The notes under the pieces are model-generated. The model was not told where the DNA came from, ran no database searches, and was given only the letters and a program-made list of their open reading frames with translations. The translations under genes were made by a program, and so were the position numbers. A stretch of 56,321 nt of DNA from a virus. Its lineage: Duplodnaviria > Caudoviricetes. Below are positions 46,501 through 55,168 of the stretch, in pieces; positions within the stretch are counted from its first letter, which is position 1, and every line of letters starts with the position of its first letter. The DNA is taken from positions 1-56,321 of the IMG/VR virus record IMGVR_UViG_3300035682_000045. One strand, 5' to 3'.

Positions 46501-46852
46501 TGGTCGCACTTATCTTATTCTTGCAAGTGACAATAGGATTGTATCTGCAGTTCCTGCTGACGAGATAAAAGGATCTAAAAGCTCATTAGTAAAGTTCTTA
46601 AACTATAAGATGCTTCCTTATAAAGAAGGCGAACACTTTGTTGTTTCTTTCAAGCCAAGAGTAACAAAGGCTGGCAAAAAGATGGCATCTCTTGTTGTTG
46701 CTGATGCAGGAAGAGAGATGCATTCAATAGTTGTATTTCCAATGCAGTTTGCAAAGGCATACATGAAGATTGAAGAAGGCAGTGTATACAAGTTTGATTT
46801 TGGAAAAACAAAGGATGGAACTATAACAATGAATGAGGTAGAAAATGTTTGA
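43577..46852 (+). CDS. dnaE: DNA polymerase III alpha subunit (family C)
   Basis: PHP motifs HVHTHYS..DG and TDHG; GPGRGSAAGS, PDIDSD, HAAG, KIDALGL and YSFNKSH. Confidence 0.96.
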   Translation: MNYVGLHVHTHYSLMDGVATPEEYVNRAVELGMTAIAITDHGTLSGHRELHRIAKANGIKPILGVEGYMTTSMEDKRAKADRLDPLDQNYHHIVLLAKNQQGLENLNKINEIAWTDGFFSKPRFDFETLAKYKEGIIVTSACLSGWIAKAVELGELATAKKHIQWFKKEFGDDYYIEVMPHNPPEVNKGIIELADAAKVKIVVTPDCHHSDTSQKEVQELMLLLNTHAKLQKDVTYDKSKKHESFMDRLDYLYGADRMMSFNKFDIHLLSYDEMKDAMLKQGIDREDMFASTNEIADKVEGYDIKEHLDLLPVQYKKPMDELKKLALEGLKERKLDKDKKYLERLDEELEIIGEKNFGPYFLVVRNMLNWAKSEGIMVGPGRGSAAGSLLCYALGITDIDPIKHGLLFFRFINPDRNDFPDIDSDIQDTRRDEVKDYLVRQYRHVASIATFLQFKDKGVVRDVARCLNIPLPDVNKVLKVVDTWDDFCTSKNTYWFREKYPEVERYGDQLRGRIRGTGIHAAGVVTSKDPIFRYAPLETRSVTGQDERIPVVAVDMGEAENIGLIKIDALGLKTLSVLKDCIDIIKEREGTKIDLLKIDMDDANVYTMLSDGYTKGVFQCEAAPYTNLLVKMRVKNLAELAASNALVRPGAMNTIGKSYIARKHGRENIDYKHQVMKSFTEETYGCILYQEQVMQACVQLGGMSMSEADKVRKIIGKKKDAKEFDVFKDQFVKGASQYLSPNDALDLWHDFEAHAGYSFNKSHAVAYSTLSYWTAWLKYHYPLEFMFALLKNEKDKDGRTEYLIEAKRMGIPIKLPHLNDSDIDFKIEGKGIRFGLTGIKYISDKIAERYIAGRPFASYKEVEEFTFTKGNGVNSRALQAMRCVGALTFPDNPANPQEVKENLYEYLNLPEFNTSIPQHYYAYINDVEEYEETGSFVLLGMVKSIKRGTGWSRVEVLDKTGSVGIFDEESPSIETGRTYLILASDNRIVSAVPADEIKGSKSSLVKFLNYKMLPYKEGEHFVVSFKPRVTKAGKKMASLVVADAGREMHSIVVFPMQFAKAYMKIEEGSVYKFDFGKTKDGTITMNEVENV

Positions 46853-47162
46853 TGAGTTAGCAAGAGACATACATAAGAATGCAGTAGACAAAGGTTTTTG
46901 GGATCGTCCAGCAGATGAAATATTTGTTACAAAACAAATGATGATGATTGTCTCTGAGGTTGTTGAAGCAATGGAAGCACTAAGAAAAGAGATGGACCCA
47001 GACCAACTATCAGATGAGTTTGCAGATATCATTATTCGCACACTAGATTTATATGCAGGTATGGTAAGTGCAGGGTATATGACTAAATCATTAAACATGG
47101 CCATAAAAGAAAAGATGGCAAAGAACTCTGATAGACCAAAGAAGCATGGAGTAAGATTTTAA
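46845..47162 (+). CDS. MazG-like NTP pyrophosphohydrolase
   Basis: SEVVEAMEA...DEFADIII (ExxE...ExxD pattern). Confidence 0.8.
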   Translation: MFDELARDIHKNAVDKGFWDRPADEIFVTKQMMMIVSEVVEAMEALRKEMDPDQLSDEFADIIIRTLDLYAGMVSAGYMTKSLNMAIKEKMAKNSDRPKKHGVRF

Positions 47163-48175
47163 TGATGACTGTAGAAGAGGTATTGGCTCAGCTTAGTCCT
47201 AAGCTACGCAAGACAGTAATGGCAGGAGACACTATCCCTGCAACACAATATGCAGCAACTCCTAGTTTTGGTTTAAACCGTGCTCTTAATGGTGGTCTAC
47301 CATATGGTCGTCAGGTGTTAGTCTGGGGATCAAAGTCTTCTGCAAAGTCATCTTTGTGTCTGCAGATGATTGGTTTAGCACAGAAAGAAGGAAAGATCTG
47401 TGCTTGGATTGATGCAGAAATGTCATATGATAAGAAGTGGGCAGAAGGTCTTGGTGTTGACTCATCAAAGCTTATTGTGTCACAATGTCGCACCATTAAT
47501 GAAATGGTTGATGTAGGAACAAACCTAATGAATGCAGGGGTTGATATAATTGTTATTGACTCTATAACATCTTTATTGCCAGCTATCTATTTTGAAAAGG
47601 ACTCAGATGAACTTAAACAACTTGAAAATACAAAACAAATTGGTGCAGAGTCTAGAGACTTTAGCAACGCTTGGAAAATGCTTAACTATGCTAATAATAA
47701 GGTTAAGCCTACGATGCTTGTTCTTATTAGTCAGTCTCGTAACAATATTAGCGCTATGTATACTAGCCAGCAGCCTACTGGTGGTCAAGCTACTAAGTTC
47801 TATTCTTCTACTGTTATTAAATTATTTTCATCGGAATCCGACAATCAAGCAATTAAAGGTAAGATTCATGTTGGAGATAAACTTATTGAAGAAAAGATTG
47901 GTCGCAAGATTCGTTGGGAACTCCAATTTTCTAAGACCTCTCCTGGCTTTCAGTCTGGCGAGTATGACTTTTATTTCAGGGGAGATAATGTTGGTATTGA
48001 TAGCATTGGTGATCTTGTTGATACGGCTGAAATGATGGGAATTGTTGAACGTACAGGTGCTTGGTATGTCTTGCCAGATGGAACCAAGGTGCAAGGCAGA
48101 GAAGGTTTTGTCAACAGGGTTCGTGAAGATTTAGATCTACAAGATTCTATTAAGAATAAGATTTTAGATGTCTGA
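47162..48175 (+). CDS. recA: RecA/UvsX-like recombinase
   Basis: LNGGLPYGR, GSKSSAKS, WIDAE, VIDS, TGGQATKFYSS and GAWY. Confidence 0.92.
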   Translation: MMTVEEVLAQLSPKLRKTVMAGDTIPATQYAATPSFGLNRALNGGLPYGRQVLVWGSKSSAKSSLCLQMIGLAQKEGKICAWIDAEMSYDKKWAEGLGVDSSKLIVSQCRTINEMVDVGTNLMNAGVDIIVIDSITSLLPAIYFEKDSDELKQLENTKQIGAESRDFSNAWKMLNYANNKVKPTMLVLISQSRNNISAMYTSQQPTGGQATKFYSSTVIKLFSSESDNQAIKGKIHVGDKLIEEKIGRKIRWELQFSKTSPGFQSGEYDFYFRGDNVGIDSIGDLVDTAEMMGIVERTGAWYVLPDGTKVQGREGFVNRVREDLDLQDSIKNKILDV

Positions 48176-48350
48176 AAAATTTACAATATTTTCAGGAAAG
48201 TTTCCATGCAAAACATGTGGAGAAGAAGTTACGTCTATAAGATTATGGAAAGACAGTGCAGACTTGACATGGATGTGCACTAACAAGCATCTGTCAAGAG
48301 TAGCTATTATTATGACAAGGAAAGACTTTGAGCGAAAGAGCGGAAAGTAA
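48168..48350 (+). CDS. Small Zn-binding protein
   Basis: CKTC...CTNKH. Confidence 0.55.
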   Translation: MSEKFTIFSGKFPCKTCGEEVTSIRLWKDSADLTWMCTNKHLSRVAIIMTRKDFERKSGK

Positions 48351-48618
48351 AAGGATTGGTGCTAAGCAGCACAAGAACTCAGGTCGTAACACCCATAAGG
48401 GTGATGCTACTTGGAAAAATTTTACTGTTGACTTCAAAGAGTGCTCTAAGTCTTTTACCCTAAACAAAGATGTGTGGGCTAAGGCTGTTACTGATGCAAT
48501 AAGAAATGGAAATGATCCAGCCATACTCGTTGTACTTGGCGAAGGTAACTCAAAAATAAGATTAATGATAACAGAGTTTGAACTAATAGAACAAATAATA
48601 GGAGAAGAAAATGAGTGA
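48328..48618 (+). CDS. Small PD-(D/E)xK nuclease, Holliday-junction-resolvase-like
   Basis: E...NSG...KGDA...VDFKE pattern. Confidence 0.6.
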   Translation: MSERAESKRIGAKQHKNSGRNTHKGDATWKNFTVDFKECSKSFTLNKDVWAKAVTDAIRNGNDPAILVVLGEGNSKIRLMITEFELIEQIIGEENE

Positions 48619-48913
48619 ACAAACAACAATAGAAATGGTAAACGGGCTATCTGAAATAGCTGATTATATGCAGGATGAGGAGCTTACTCAAGCTCTTACA
48701 TTTATTGCTAAGGTCATCATTAAGCCAGATATTCCACTAAATGTAGCAACTGTAGAGATCGTAAGGCTACAGGCAATAGCAGCAAAGATGGCTTTTAAGG
48801 CTACCTGGATGGCTAATGTTGACAAAAATGACAGGGCAAAGAAGAATATTTACTATACAGCAGCAGAATCAATCAACAACTTGGTATCAGCACTCAAATA
48901 TATTATGCGCTAA
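48611..48913 (+). CDS. Hypothetical helical protein
   Basis: SD GGAG; coupled ORF. Confidence 0.7.
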   Translation: MSEQTTIEMVNGLSEIADYMQDEELTQALTFIAKVIIKPDIPLNVATVEIVRLQAIAAKMAFKATWMANVDKNDRAKKNIYYTAAESINNLVSALKYIMR

Positions 48914-48915
48914 CC

Positions 48916-48924
48916 TGGTATACT
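48916..48924 (+). promoter_or_regulatory. Extended -10 promoter TGGTATACT
   Basis: Intergenic; SD AAGGA before ATG 48945. Confidence 0.55.
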
Positions 48925-48944
48925 TATATAAACAAAGGAATATA

Positions 48945-49730
48945 ATGACAAAGAATTTACTAAAGCAAATAATGATTAAAGAGGTTGAGACACCAGCACA
49001 GATTGACGCACAGGAGCTTGTAAAAGCTATTGAGGCTGGATATCTTGTTGGGCGTGAGCCTAAGCATACACAGAAGAAAACTTTTGGTCCATCTACTATT
49101 GCCTATGGCCATGGAGAATGTCCTAGATATTGGTACCTTGCATTTGAGGGTGCGGTATTTGAGGATAACTCTGACCCATATGCAGTAGCAAATATGACTA
49201 ATGGAACTCTTGCTCATGGAAGAATTGAGACAGCGTTTAAGAACTCTGGTATTTCAATTGATTCAGAGTTTAAGATTTTCAATGACGATCCTCCAATTTT
49301 TGGTTATGTAGATAACTTTATTAATTGGAAGGGTGAAGAGGTAGTTGTTGAAGTAAAGACAACCAACAACGAAGTCTTTGAATACCGTAAGCGTACAGGT
49401 AAGCCTAAAATGGGTCACGTTGTGCAGATACTTATCTATATGAAGATTCTTAAGAAGGCAAAGGGAGTTCTTATTTATGAGAATAAGAATAACCATGAAC
49501 TTCTTGTAATCCCAGTAGAGGTAAATGATCATTACCGTAAATGGATTGATGAAGCTTTTGAATGGATGAGAGTTGTTCGTAAGTCTTGGGAAGTCAAAGA
49601 GCTTCCAACCAAGAACTATAGATCAAACTCAAAGGTTTGCAAGAACTGTCCAATTAAAAAAACATGTGATGAAGCAGGAGCAGGCGTAGTTAAAATAGCC
49701 TCTCTGGAGGAATTGAGTGAAACTTTGTAG
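48945..49730 (+). CDS. Cas4-like PD-(D/E)xK exonuclease with Fe-S-type cysteines
   Basis: CPRYWY, GTLAH, GYVD, EVKT, QILIY and CKNCPIKKTC. Confidence 0.85.
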   Translation: MTKNLLKQIMIKEVETPAQIDAQELVKAIEAGYLVGREPKHTQKKTFGPSTIAYGHGECPRYWYLAFEGAVFEDNSDPYAVANMTNGTLAHGRIETAFKNSGISIDSEFKIFNDDPPIFGYVDNFINWKGEEVVVEVKTTNNEVFEYRKRTGKPKMGHVVQILIYMKILKKAKGVLIYENKNNHELLVIPVEVNDHYRKWIDEAFEWMRVVRKSWEVKELPTKNYRSNSKVCKNCPIKKTCDEAGAGVVKIASLEELSETL

Positions 49731-50007
49731 CAGATGTGATAATAGGTTTCAACCAAAGGTCAGTTATCAAATATACTGCAGCCTTGAATGTAGAGACCTT
49801 GCTACAAAGGATAAGATTAAAGAAAGATATCAGGTAACTCGTAGACAAAAGAGGAAGGGGAAGGATCGCAGGTGTTTGGGTGGATGCGGTACTTCTCTTT
49901 CTATCTACAACGACTCTGGTTTTTGTGCAAACTGTAACGTTAGTGAAAAAGCTGTTCAGAAAATGATTAAAGAACTGAAAGGTTTTATTGAATATGAGCA
50001 AGACTAA
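49717..50007 (+). CDS. Double Zn-finger protein
   Basis: CSRC...CSLEC and CLGGC...CANC. Confidence 0.65.
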   Translation: MKLCSRCDNRFQPKVSYQIYCSLECRDLATKDKIKERYQVTRRQKRKGKDRRCLGGCGTSLSIYNDSGFCANCNVSEKAVQKMIKELKGFIEYEQD

Positions 50008-50590
50008 GTGGGGTGCAGAGATAACTCCTAAAAGGATATGTGCTATTGATGCTAGCACTAATAGTCTTGCTTTTGCTATTTTTGATACCTTTACAAAAGA
50101 TCTTATTAGTGTTGGAAAGATTAATTTTGAAGGCAAGAATACCTATGAAAAGGTTATGGATGCTGGTAAAAAGGTAAAAGCTTTCCTAGATATCTATGGT
50201 GGTTTTGAGGCGATAGTAATTGAGCATACTGTTTTTATGAATAGCCCAAAGACTGCTGCAGATTTAGCACTAGTTCAGGGAGCTATCTTAGGATCAGCTG
50301 GACAATCAGGAACTACAAGAATTGGAAGAGTGTCACCAATAACTTGGCAAAATTTTATTGGCAATAAAAAGATTTCAAAGGATGAGCAGTTATTTATTAG
50401 ATCTCAGAATCCAGGTAAGTCTGTTTCTTGGTATAAAACATATGAAAGAAATTTAAGAAAAGAAAGAACTATAAAGTTTATTAATATTAATTATGGTAGA
50501 ACGATAACAGATAATGACGTAGCAGATGCGTGTGGAATTGGTCATTGGGCATTAAAGAACTGGGATAAGGCGGTTGGCAATAATGACTGA
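49994..50590 (+). CDS. RuvC-like resolvase
   Basis: AIDASTNSLAFA, IVIE, VQGAI, SPITW and DVADACGI. Confidence 0.8.
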   Translation: MSKTKWGAEITPKRICAIDASTNSLAFAIFDTFTKDLISVGKINFEGKNTYEKVMDAGKKVKAFLDIYGGFEAIVIEHTVFMNSPKTAADLALVQGAILGSAGQSGTTRIGRVSPITWQNFIGNKKISKDEQLFIRSQNPGKSVSWYKTYERNLRKERTIKFININYGRTITDNDVADACGIGHWALKNWDKAVGNND

Positions 50591-50765
50591 AAGAGAAGCC
50601 AGGGTGTTTAAGGAAGAAGATGCTGATGTTATACTGACTGTCAGAACCCTTTCTCCAACCAAGTGGTTATTAATGGACCGTGAGACGGGGCAAATTTATC
50701 AGGGTAGTCCAAAGGGGTACTGGGATAGGTTAGAGCCAGTTATCAAAGTTGACAAGGATGCATGA
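50583..50765 (+). CDS. Hypothetical protein
   Basis: Coupled short ORF (PTKWLLMDRETGQIY). Confidence 0.6.
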   Translation: MTEREARVFKEEDADVILTVRTLSPTKWLLMDRETGQIYQGSPKGYWDRLEPVIKVDKDA

Positions 50766-50778
50766 TGCCTGGTAAACT
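50749..50778 (+). promoter_or_regulatory. Promoter upstream of the terminase region
   Basis: TTGACA (50749-50754), 18-nt spacer, TGG-TAAACT (hexamer 50773-50778). Confidence 0.5.
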
Positions 50779-50920
50779 ATATACATCAGAAGTATGGTTA
50801 AAGAAAAGATTTCTTATTGACAAGAAGTCTCCAGAAGAAATTGCAAAAGAATGTGGTGCAAGCGTAGAGACTATCTACGTTTATCTTGCTAAATTTGGAC
50901 TAAGAAAGAGTAGAAGATGA
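50762..50920 (+). CDS. 52-aa HTH protein (not in ORF track)
   Basis: MMPGKLYTSEVWLKKRFLIDKKSPEEIAKECGASVETIYVYLAKFGLRKSRR; ATGA overlaps at both ends. Confidence 0.7.
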   Translation: MMPGKLYTSEVWLKKRFLIDKKSPEEIAKECGASVETIYVYLAKFGLRKSRR

Positions 50921-51042
50921 ATAAATTACAAAAAGTTATAATTGCAGTTGGTGTTGCAGGTGCTGTTGGTATTACCTATGTCCTAACAGCTTTAAAGGGC
51001 ATGCCAGAGGCTTTTGATTGGGAAGACGAAGAAGATGAGTGA
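50917..51042 (+). CDS. 41-aa single-pass membrane protein (not in ORF track)
   Basis: MNKLQKVIIAVGVAGAVGITYVLTALKGMPEAFDWEDEEDE. Confidence 0.6.
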   Translation: MNKLQKVIIAVGVAGAVGITYVLTALKGMPEAFDWEDEEDE

Positions 51043-51277
51043 TAATATAAAAATCACGGTTGACCAAGTTAATCACCCATCACACTATGTCTCTGACCCA
51101 TCAGGAGTAGAGTGTATTCAAATTACACGTCACCGTAATTTTAATATAGGTAATGCATTTAAGTATCTTTGGAGAGCAGGGCTTAAAGATGAGTCTAAAA
51201 CTATTCAAGATCTTGAAAAGGCAATATTCTACATTAAAGATGAAATTAATAGACTAGAGGGCAAGTATGTCAACTGA
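51035..51277 (+). CDS. DUF3310-like protein
   Basis: VNHPSHY...GVECI...GNAFKYLWRAGLK...QDLEKAIFYI signature. Confidence 0.8.
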   Translation: MSDNIKITVDQVNHPSHYVSDPSGVECIQITRHRNFNIGNAFKYLWRAGLKDESKTIQDLEKAIFYIKDEINRLEGKYVN

Positions 51278-51803
51278 AGAAGAACTAATAAAGCATCTTG
51301 ACGTAATGAACGATGTTGTTAGTGAATATCTAAAAGGCAGCGATCCAACCACTATTTCAAAAGAATTAGCTATTCCACGCACTCGTGTAGTGGCATACAT
51401 TGATGAATGGAAAGAAAAGACTTCCAATAATACAGCAATCCGTGCTCGTGCAAAAGATGCACTTGCTGGAGCTGATGCACACTATAGCAAGCTTATACTT
51501 AAGTCTTATGAAGTAATTGATGAAGCCTCTATGACTAATAATCTTAGTGCAAAGACTGCTGCTATTAAGCTTGTGATGGATATTGAGTCTAAGAGAATTG
51601 ACATGTTGCAAAAAGCTGGACTTCTTGAAAATAAAGAACTTGCAGAAGAGATGGTTGAGATTGAGCGTCGTCAAGAAATTTTAGTTGGTATTCTTAGAGA
51701 CATAGCATCATCTCACCCAGAGGTTAGAGACATTATTATGCAAAGACTTTCTGTTATTGCAAAAGAGGGAGAAGTGATTACTGTTGTCCACGACGTTCAA
51801 TGA
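51267..51803 (+). CDS. Putative terminase small subunit
   Basis: N-terminal HTH-like segment and helical body; overlaps the TerL start. Confidence 0.55.
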   Translation: MSTEEELIKHLDVMNDVVSEYLKGSDPTTISKELAIPRTRVVAYIDEWKEKTSNNTAIRARAKDALAGADAHYSKLILKSYEVIDEASMTNNLSAKTAAIKLVMDIESKRIDMLQKAGLLENKELAEEMVEIERRQEILVGILRDIASSHPEVRDIIMQRLSVIAKEGEVITVVHDVQ

Positions 51804-53565
51804 TTTTTTTGAGGTACTAAAAGAAAACCATTTTGTTGAGACTCCAGTTGACGCAAAGACTTTTGTTGAGTCTCCAGACTATCTTGGTCAACCACCACTA
51901 TCTGAAATTCAATACACCATTGTAGAGGCAATGAGCCAAATTTATCGTAAAGAAGATGTTGTTGACATGCTTGGCGACAAAGGTGAAGAATACTATAAAA
52001 AATATACAAAGAATGAGCTAATCCTGCAACTTGGCAAGGGATCTGGAAAAGACTTTGTATCAACAGTGGCCTGTGCATATGTAGTATATAAAATGCTTTG
52101 TCTTAAAGACCCTGCTATTTATTATGGAAAGCCTGCTGGAGATGCTATTGATATTATTAACGTTGCTGTTAACGCTCAACAGGCTAAGAATGTTTTCTTT
52201 AAAGGTTTTAAATCTAAGATTGAGAGATCACCATGGTTTGCTGGCAAGTACAACCCAAAGGCTGACTCTATTGAGTTTGATAAATCAATTACAGTTTATT
52301 CTGGTCACTCAGAACGAGAGTCCCATGAGGGTTTGAACTTGTTTATGGCTGTACTTGATGAAATTTCTGGATTTGCATCTGAGGTTGCAACTGGAAATGA
52401 GCAAGGCAAGACTGCTGACAATATCTATAAAGCTTTTCGTGGTACCGTAGATTCTCGCTTTCCTGATCTTGGTAAGGTAGTTCTACTTTCATTCCCACGA
52501 TATCAGGGTGACTTTATTTCTCAACGGTATGATTCAGTAATTGCTGAGAAAGAAATAATAGATAGATCACACAGGTTCATTATTAATGAAGATTTGCCAG
52601 AGGACAGCCCAGAAAATAGTTTTGAGATAGCTTGGGAAGAAGACCATATTCTTTCGTATAAGATTCCAAAGATATTTGCACTTAAAAGGCCAACATGGGA
52701 GGTTAATCCAACTCGTAAGATTGATGACTTTAAGATTGCATTCCTAACAGATTTAGGAGATGCAATGATGCGTTTTCTTTGCACACCAACATACTCATCA
52801 GATGCTTTCTTTAAGCAAAAAGAAAAGCTTGTTAACTGTATGACACTTACAAACCCTGTTGATAGTTTTAGAAGGTTTGCAGAAAACTTTAAGCCAGACC
52901 CAGACAAGCAATATTATGTCCATGCTGACCTTGCACAAAAGCACGATAAGTGTGCTGTTGCTATTGCACATGTGGATAAGTGGGTAAATATCCAGGTAAT
53001 TAAAGATTATGAACAAGTAGCACCTATCGTAATAGTAGATGCTGTAGCTTGGTGGGAACCAAAAGCAGAAGGACCAGTCAACCTATCTGAGGTAAAGCAA
53101 TGGATTATTAATCTAAGAAGACAAGGTTTTAATATTGGAATTGTTTCATTTGACCGTTGGCAGTCATATGATATTCAGCAAGAGCTTAAGCAGGTAGGAA
53201 TAAGAACTGACACTGTTTCTGTTGCAAAAAAACACTACGAAGATTTAGCAATGATGGTCTATGAAGAGCGTATTGCTATGCCCATGATTCCCTTGCTTCT
53301 GGAGGAAATGTCAGAGCTCAAGATCATGAAGGGTAATCGTGTAGATCACCCTAGAAAGAAGTCTAAGGACTTAGCAGATGCTGTTTGTGGGGCAGTATTT
53401 GGTGCCATATCTCATACCCCAAAGGAAATGAATATTGAAATAGATATTCATACCTGGGGATCTGCTGATAAAGTTGCAAGACAGCAGAGGGCTATGGTAG
53501 AATTGGAAGACAGGCAAATGCCTAATGATGTCAAGAGCTTTCTTGACAATTTAAAACTAATATAA
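51784..53565 (+). CDS. terL: Terminase large subunit
   Basis: Walker A GKGSGKD; Walker B VLDE; nuclease motifs HADLA, FDRW and DHPRKKSKDLADA. Confidence 0.9.
   Translation: MSTTFNDFFEVLKENHFVETPVDAKTFVESPDYLGQPPLSEIQYTIVEAMSQIYRKEDVVDMLGDKGEEYYKKYTKNELILQLGKGSGKDFVSTVACAYVVYKMLCLKDPAIYYGKPAGDAIDIINVAVNAQQAKNVFFKGFKSKIERSPWFAGKYNPKADSIEFDKSITVYSGHSERESHEGLNLFMAVLDEISGFASEVATGNEQGKTADNIYKAFRGTVDSRFPDLGKVVLLSFPRYQGDFISQRYDSVIAEKEIIDRSHRFIINEDLPEDSPENSFEIAWEEDHILSYKIPKIFALKRPTWEVNPTRKIDDFKIAFLTDLGDAMMRFLCTPTYSSDAFFKQKEKLVNCMTLTNPVDSFRRFAENFKPDPDKQYYVHADLAQKHDKCAVAIAHVDKWVNIQVIKDYEQVAPIVIVDAVAWWEPKAEGPVNLSEVKQWIINLRRQGFNIGIVSFDRWQSYDIQQELKQVGIRTDTVSVAKKHYEDLAMMVYEERIAMPMIPLLLEEMSELKIMKGNRVDHPRKKSKDLADAVCGAVFGAISHTPKEMNIEIDIHTWGSADKVARQQRAMVELEDRQMPNDVKSFLDNLKLI
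53495..53503 (+). promoter_or_regulatory. Possible extended -10 promoter TGGTAGAAT in the 3' end of terL
   Basis: Context gctatggtagaatt nearly matches gctatggtataatt at 29873; 80 nt upstream of the next gene. Confidence 0.45.
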
Positions 53566-53582
53566 CAAGGAGAAATACAAGT

Positions 53583-55109
53583 ATGAATTCATTCAAGAAA
53601 ATCTCAATTGCTACTGCTGCAGCTTTAGCAATCGTTGGTCTTTCTGTAGCACCTTCTTCGGCAGCACCGCTGACCGTTTCAGTTGCATCAGTAACTAACG
53701 CTACAACAGCAGCACTTCCAGCAACCGTTGCAGTACCATCAAATAATCAAATTTTGGCTGGTACATCAGTTGCAATTGCAGCAACAGCAGATACAGGAAC
53801 AAGTGTTTCTTTTGCTGCTTCATCAACAGTTAAGTTGGTAACAGCACTGCACACAGTAGATGCACCAAAGACAGTTGCATCAGGAGTTTCATCTCTATCA
53901 CTTACATCTGCAGGAGCAGCAATCACTGTTTATGCATACACAACAACAACAGCAGTTGGATCAGTAACCGTAACAAACGGATCATATTCAACAATTGTTT
54001 ACATTGCAGGTACTCCAGGATCTGCATATAATCTAGGACTTTCAGTTCCATCTGCAACAGCAGTAGGAACAGTTCCAACAATTGCTCTTACAACAACAGA
54101 TGTATTTGGTAACGCAGTATCAGATACAGCAACAGTAACCTTGATTGGTTCAACTTTTGCTAATGGATCAGTTTCAACAATATTGACAACTGCTGCAGCA
54201 ACAAATGCTTCAACAGGTGCAGTTCTTGGAACAGTAACAGCAGCACTTGCAACAGCAGTTGCTGGAGATATTACAGTAGTTGCAACAGGTCTTGCAGCAG
54301 TAACACCAGTAACTGGTCTTGCTACTCCAACAAAGTCTGTAATTGCTAAGTTCACAGTATCTGATCTTGCTGGTATTATTACAGCACTAAAGTCTGATCT
54401 TGCTTCAGAAAAGTCTGCCCATGATGCAACTAAGGCTGCTTCAACAGCAGCAGCAAAGGCTGCAGCAGATCTTTTGGCAACAGAAAAGGCTACACATGAT
54501 GCTACAAAGGCAGCACTAACAGCAGAGTCAAAAGCTAAGTCAGAGCTTGCAGTAGCACTTTCCAAGGCAAATGCAGAGATTGCAACAGCACTTGCAGACT
54601 TGTCAGATGCTAAGAAGGCTAAGGCAGATGCGGATAAGGCTATTGCGGATGCTAAGACATCTACAGATAAGATTATTGCAGATCTAAAGTTGCTTCTTGA
54701 TAAGTCAAATGCAGATCTTGCATCAGCTAAGAAGGCTCTTGATGACCTAAAGGCTTCTTCAGATAAAGCACTTGCAGATGCAAACTCAGCCCATTCAAAG
54801 GCTATTGCTGATGCTAAGGCTTCTTCAGAAAAGTTGCTTGCTGACCTAAAGGCTTCTTCAGATAAAGCACTTGCTGATTTGAAGACATCTTCAGATAAGG
54901 CTCTTGCTGATGCTCAGGCATCACATGCAAAGGCTATTGCTGATGAGGTTACTGCACATGCAGTAACAAAGGCAGCACTTGCTAAGGCACAGTCAGATGC
55001 AGCAGCTAAGGCTGCAGCAGATGCTAGAGCAAAGGCAGCACTAAATGCAAAGATTAAGGCAGCAAACAAGAAGCTTCCTAAGTCATTGCAGATTCCTTTG
55101 GTTAAGTAA
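53583..55109 (+). CDS. Exported protein: signal peptide, Thr/Ala-rich Ig-like region and Ala/Lys/Asp coiled coil (508 aa)
   Basis: MNSFKKISIATAAALAIVGLSVAPSSA signal peptide; TDVFGN Ig-like motif; LKASSDKALAD repeats; strong SD and own terminator. Confidence 0.8.
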   Translation: MNSFKKISIATAAALAIVGLSVAPSSAAPLTVSVASVTNATTAALPATVAVPSNNQILAGTSVAIAATADTGTSVSFAASSTVKLVTALHTVDAPKTVASGVSSLSLTSAGAAITVYAYTTTTAVGSVTVTNGSYSTIVYIAGTPGSAYNLGLSVPSATAVGTVPTIALTTTDVFGNAVSDTATVTLIGSTFANGSVSTILTTAAATNASTGAVLGTVTAALATAVAGDITVVATGLAAVTPVTGLATPTKSVIAKFTVSDLAGIITALKSDLASEKSAHDATKAASTAAAKAAADLLATEKATHDATKAALTAESKAKSELAVALSKANAEIATALADLSDAKKAKADADKAIADAKTSTDKIIADLKLLLDKSNADLASAKKALDDLKASSDKALADANSAHSKAIADAKASSEKLLADLKASSDKALADLKTSSDKALADAQASHAKAIADEVTAHAVTKAALAKAQSDAAAKAAADARAKAALNAKIKAANKKLPKSLQIPLVK

Positions 55110-55123
55110 AACTTAATTAAGTT

Positions 55124-55160
55124 AGAGGGGTTAGCCAAGTGCTAGCCCCTCTTTCTTTTG
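55124..55160 (+). terminator. Intrinsic terminator
   Basis: AGAGGGGTTAGC-caagt-GCTAGCCCCTCT followed by TTCTTTT. Confidence 0.8.
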
Positions 55161-55168
55161 CAATAAAA

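Noticed and set aside
47542-47550. TGATATAAT inside recA
   Set aside because: Mid-gene, far from any start codon, and explained by the conserved VDII peptide; cannot be supported as a promoter.
48945-49730. Cas4-like gene as evidence of CRISPR-Cas
   Set aside because: No other cas genes and no repeat-spacer array; stand-alone Cas4-like nucleases are common in phage replication modules.
43577-53565. Inteins or introns in DnaE, RecA or TerL (also checked nrdJ and DnaB)
   Set aside because: Protein lengths are ordinary, motifs are contiguous, and no intein-like insertion was seen.
58-55138. Many minus-strand and off-frame ORFs in the track (e.g. 58-456, 2987-3397, 5445-5984, 12894-13532, 53999-54565)
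   Set aside because: They overlap convincing + strand genes and have Q/L-rich or mirror compositions expected from biased GCA/ACA codon usage; no RBS or recognisable motifs.
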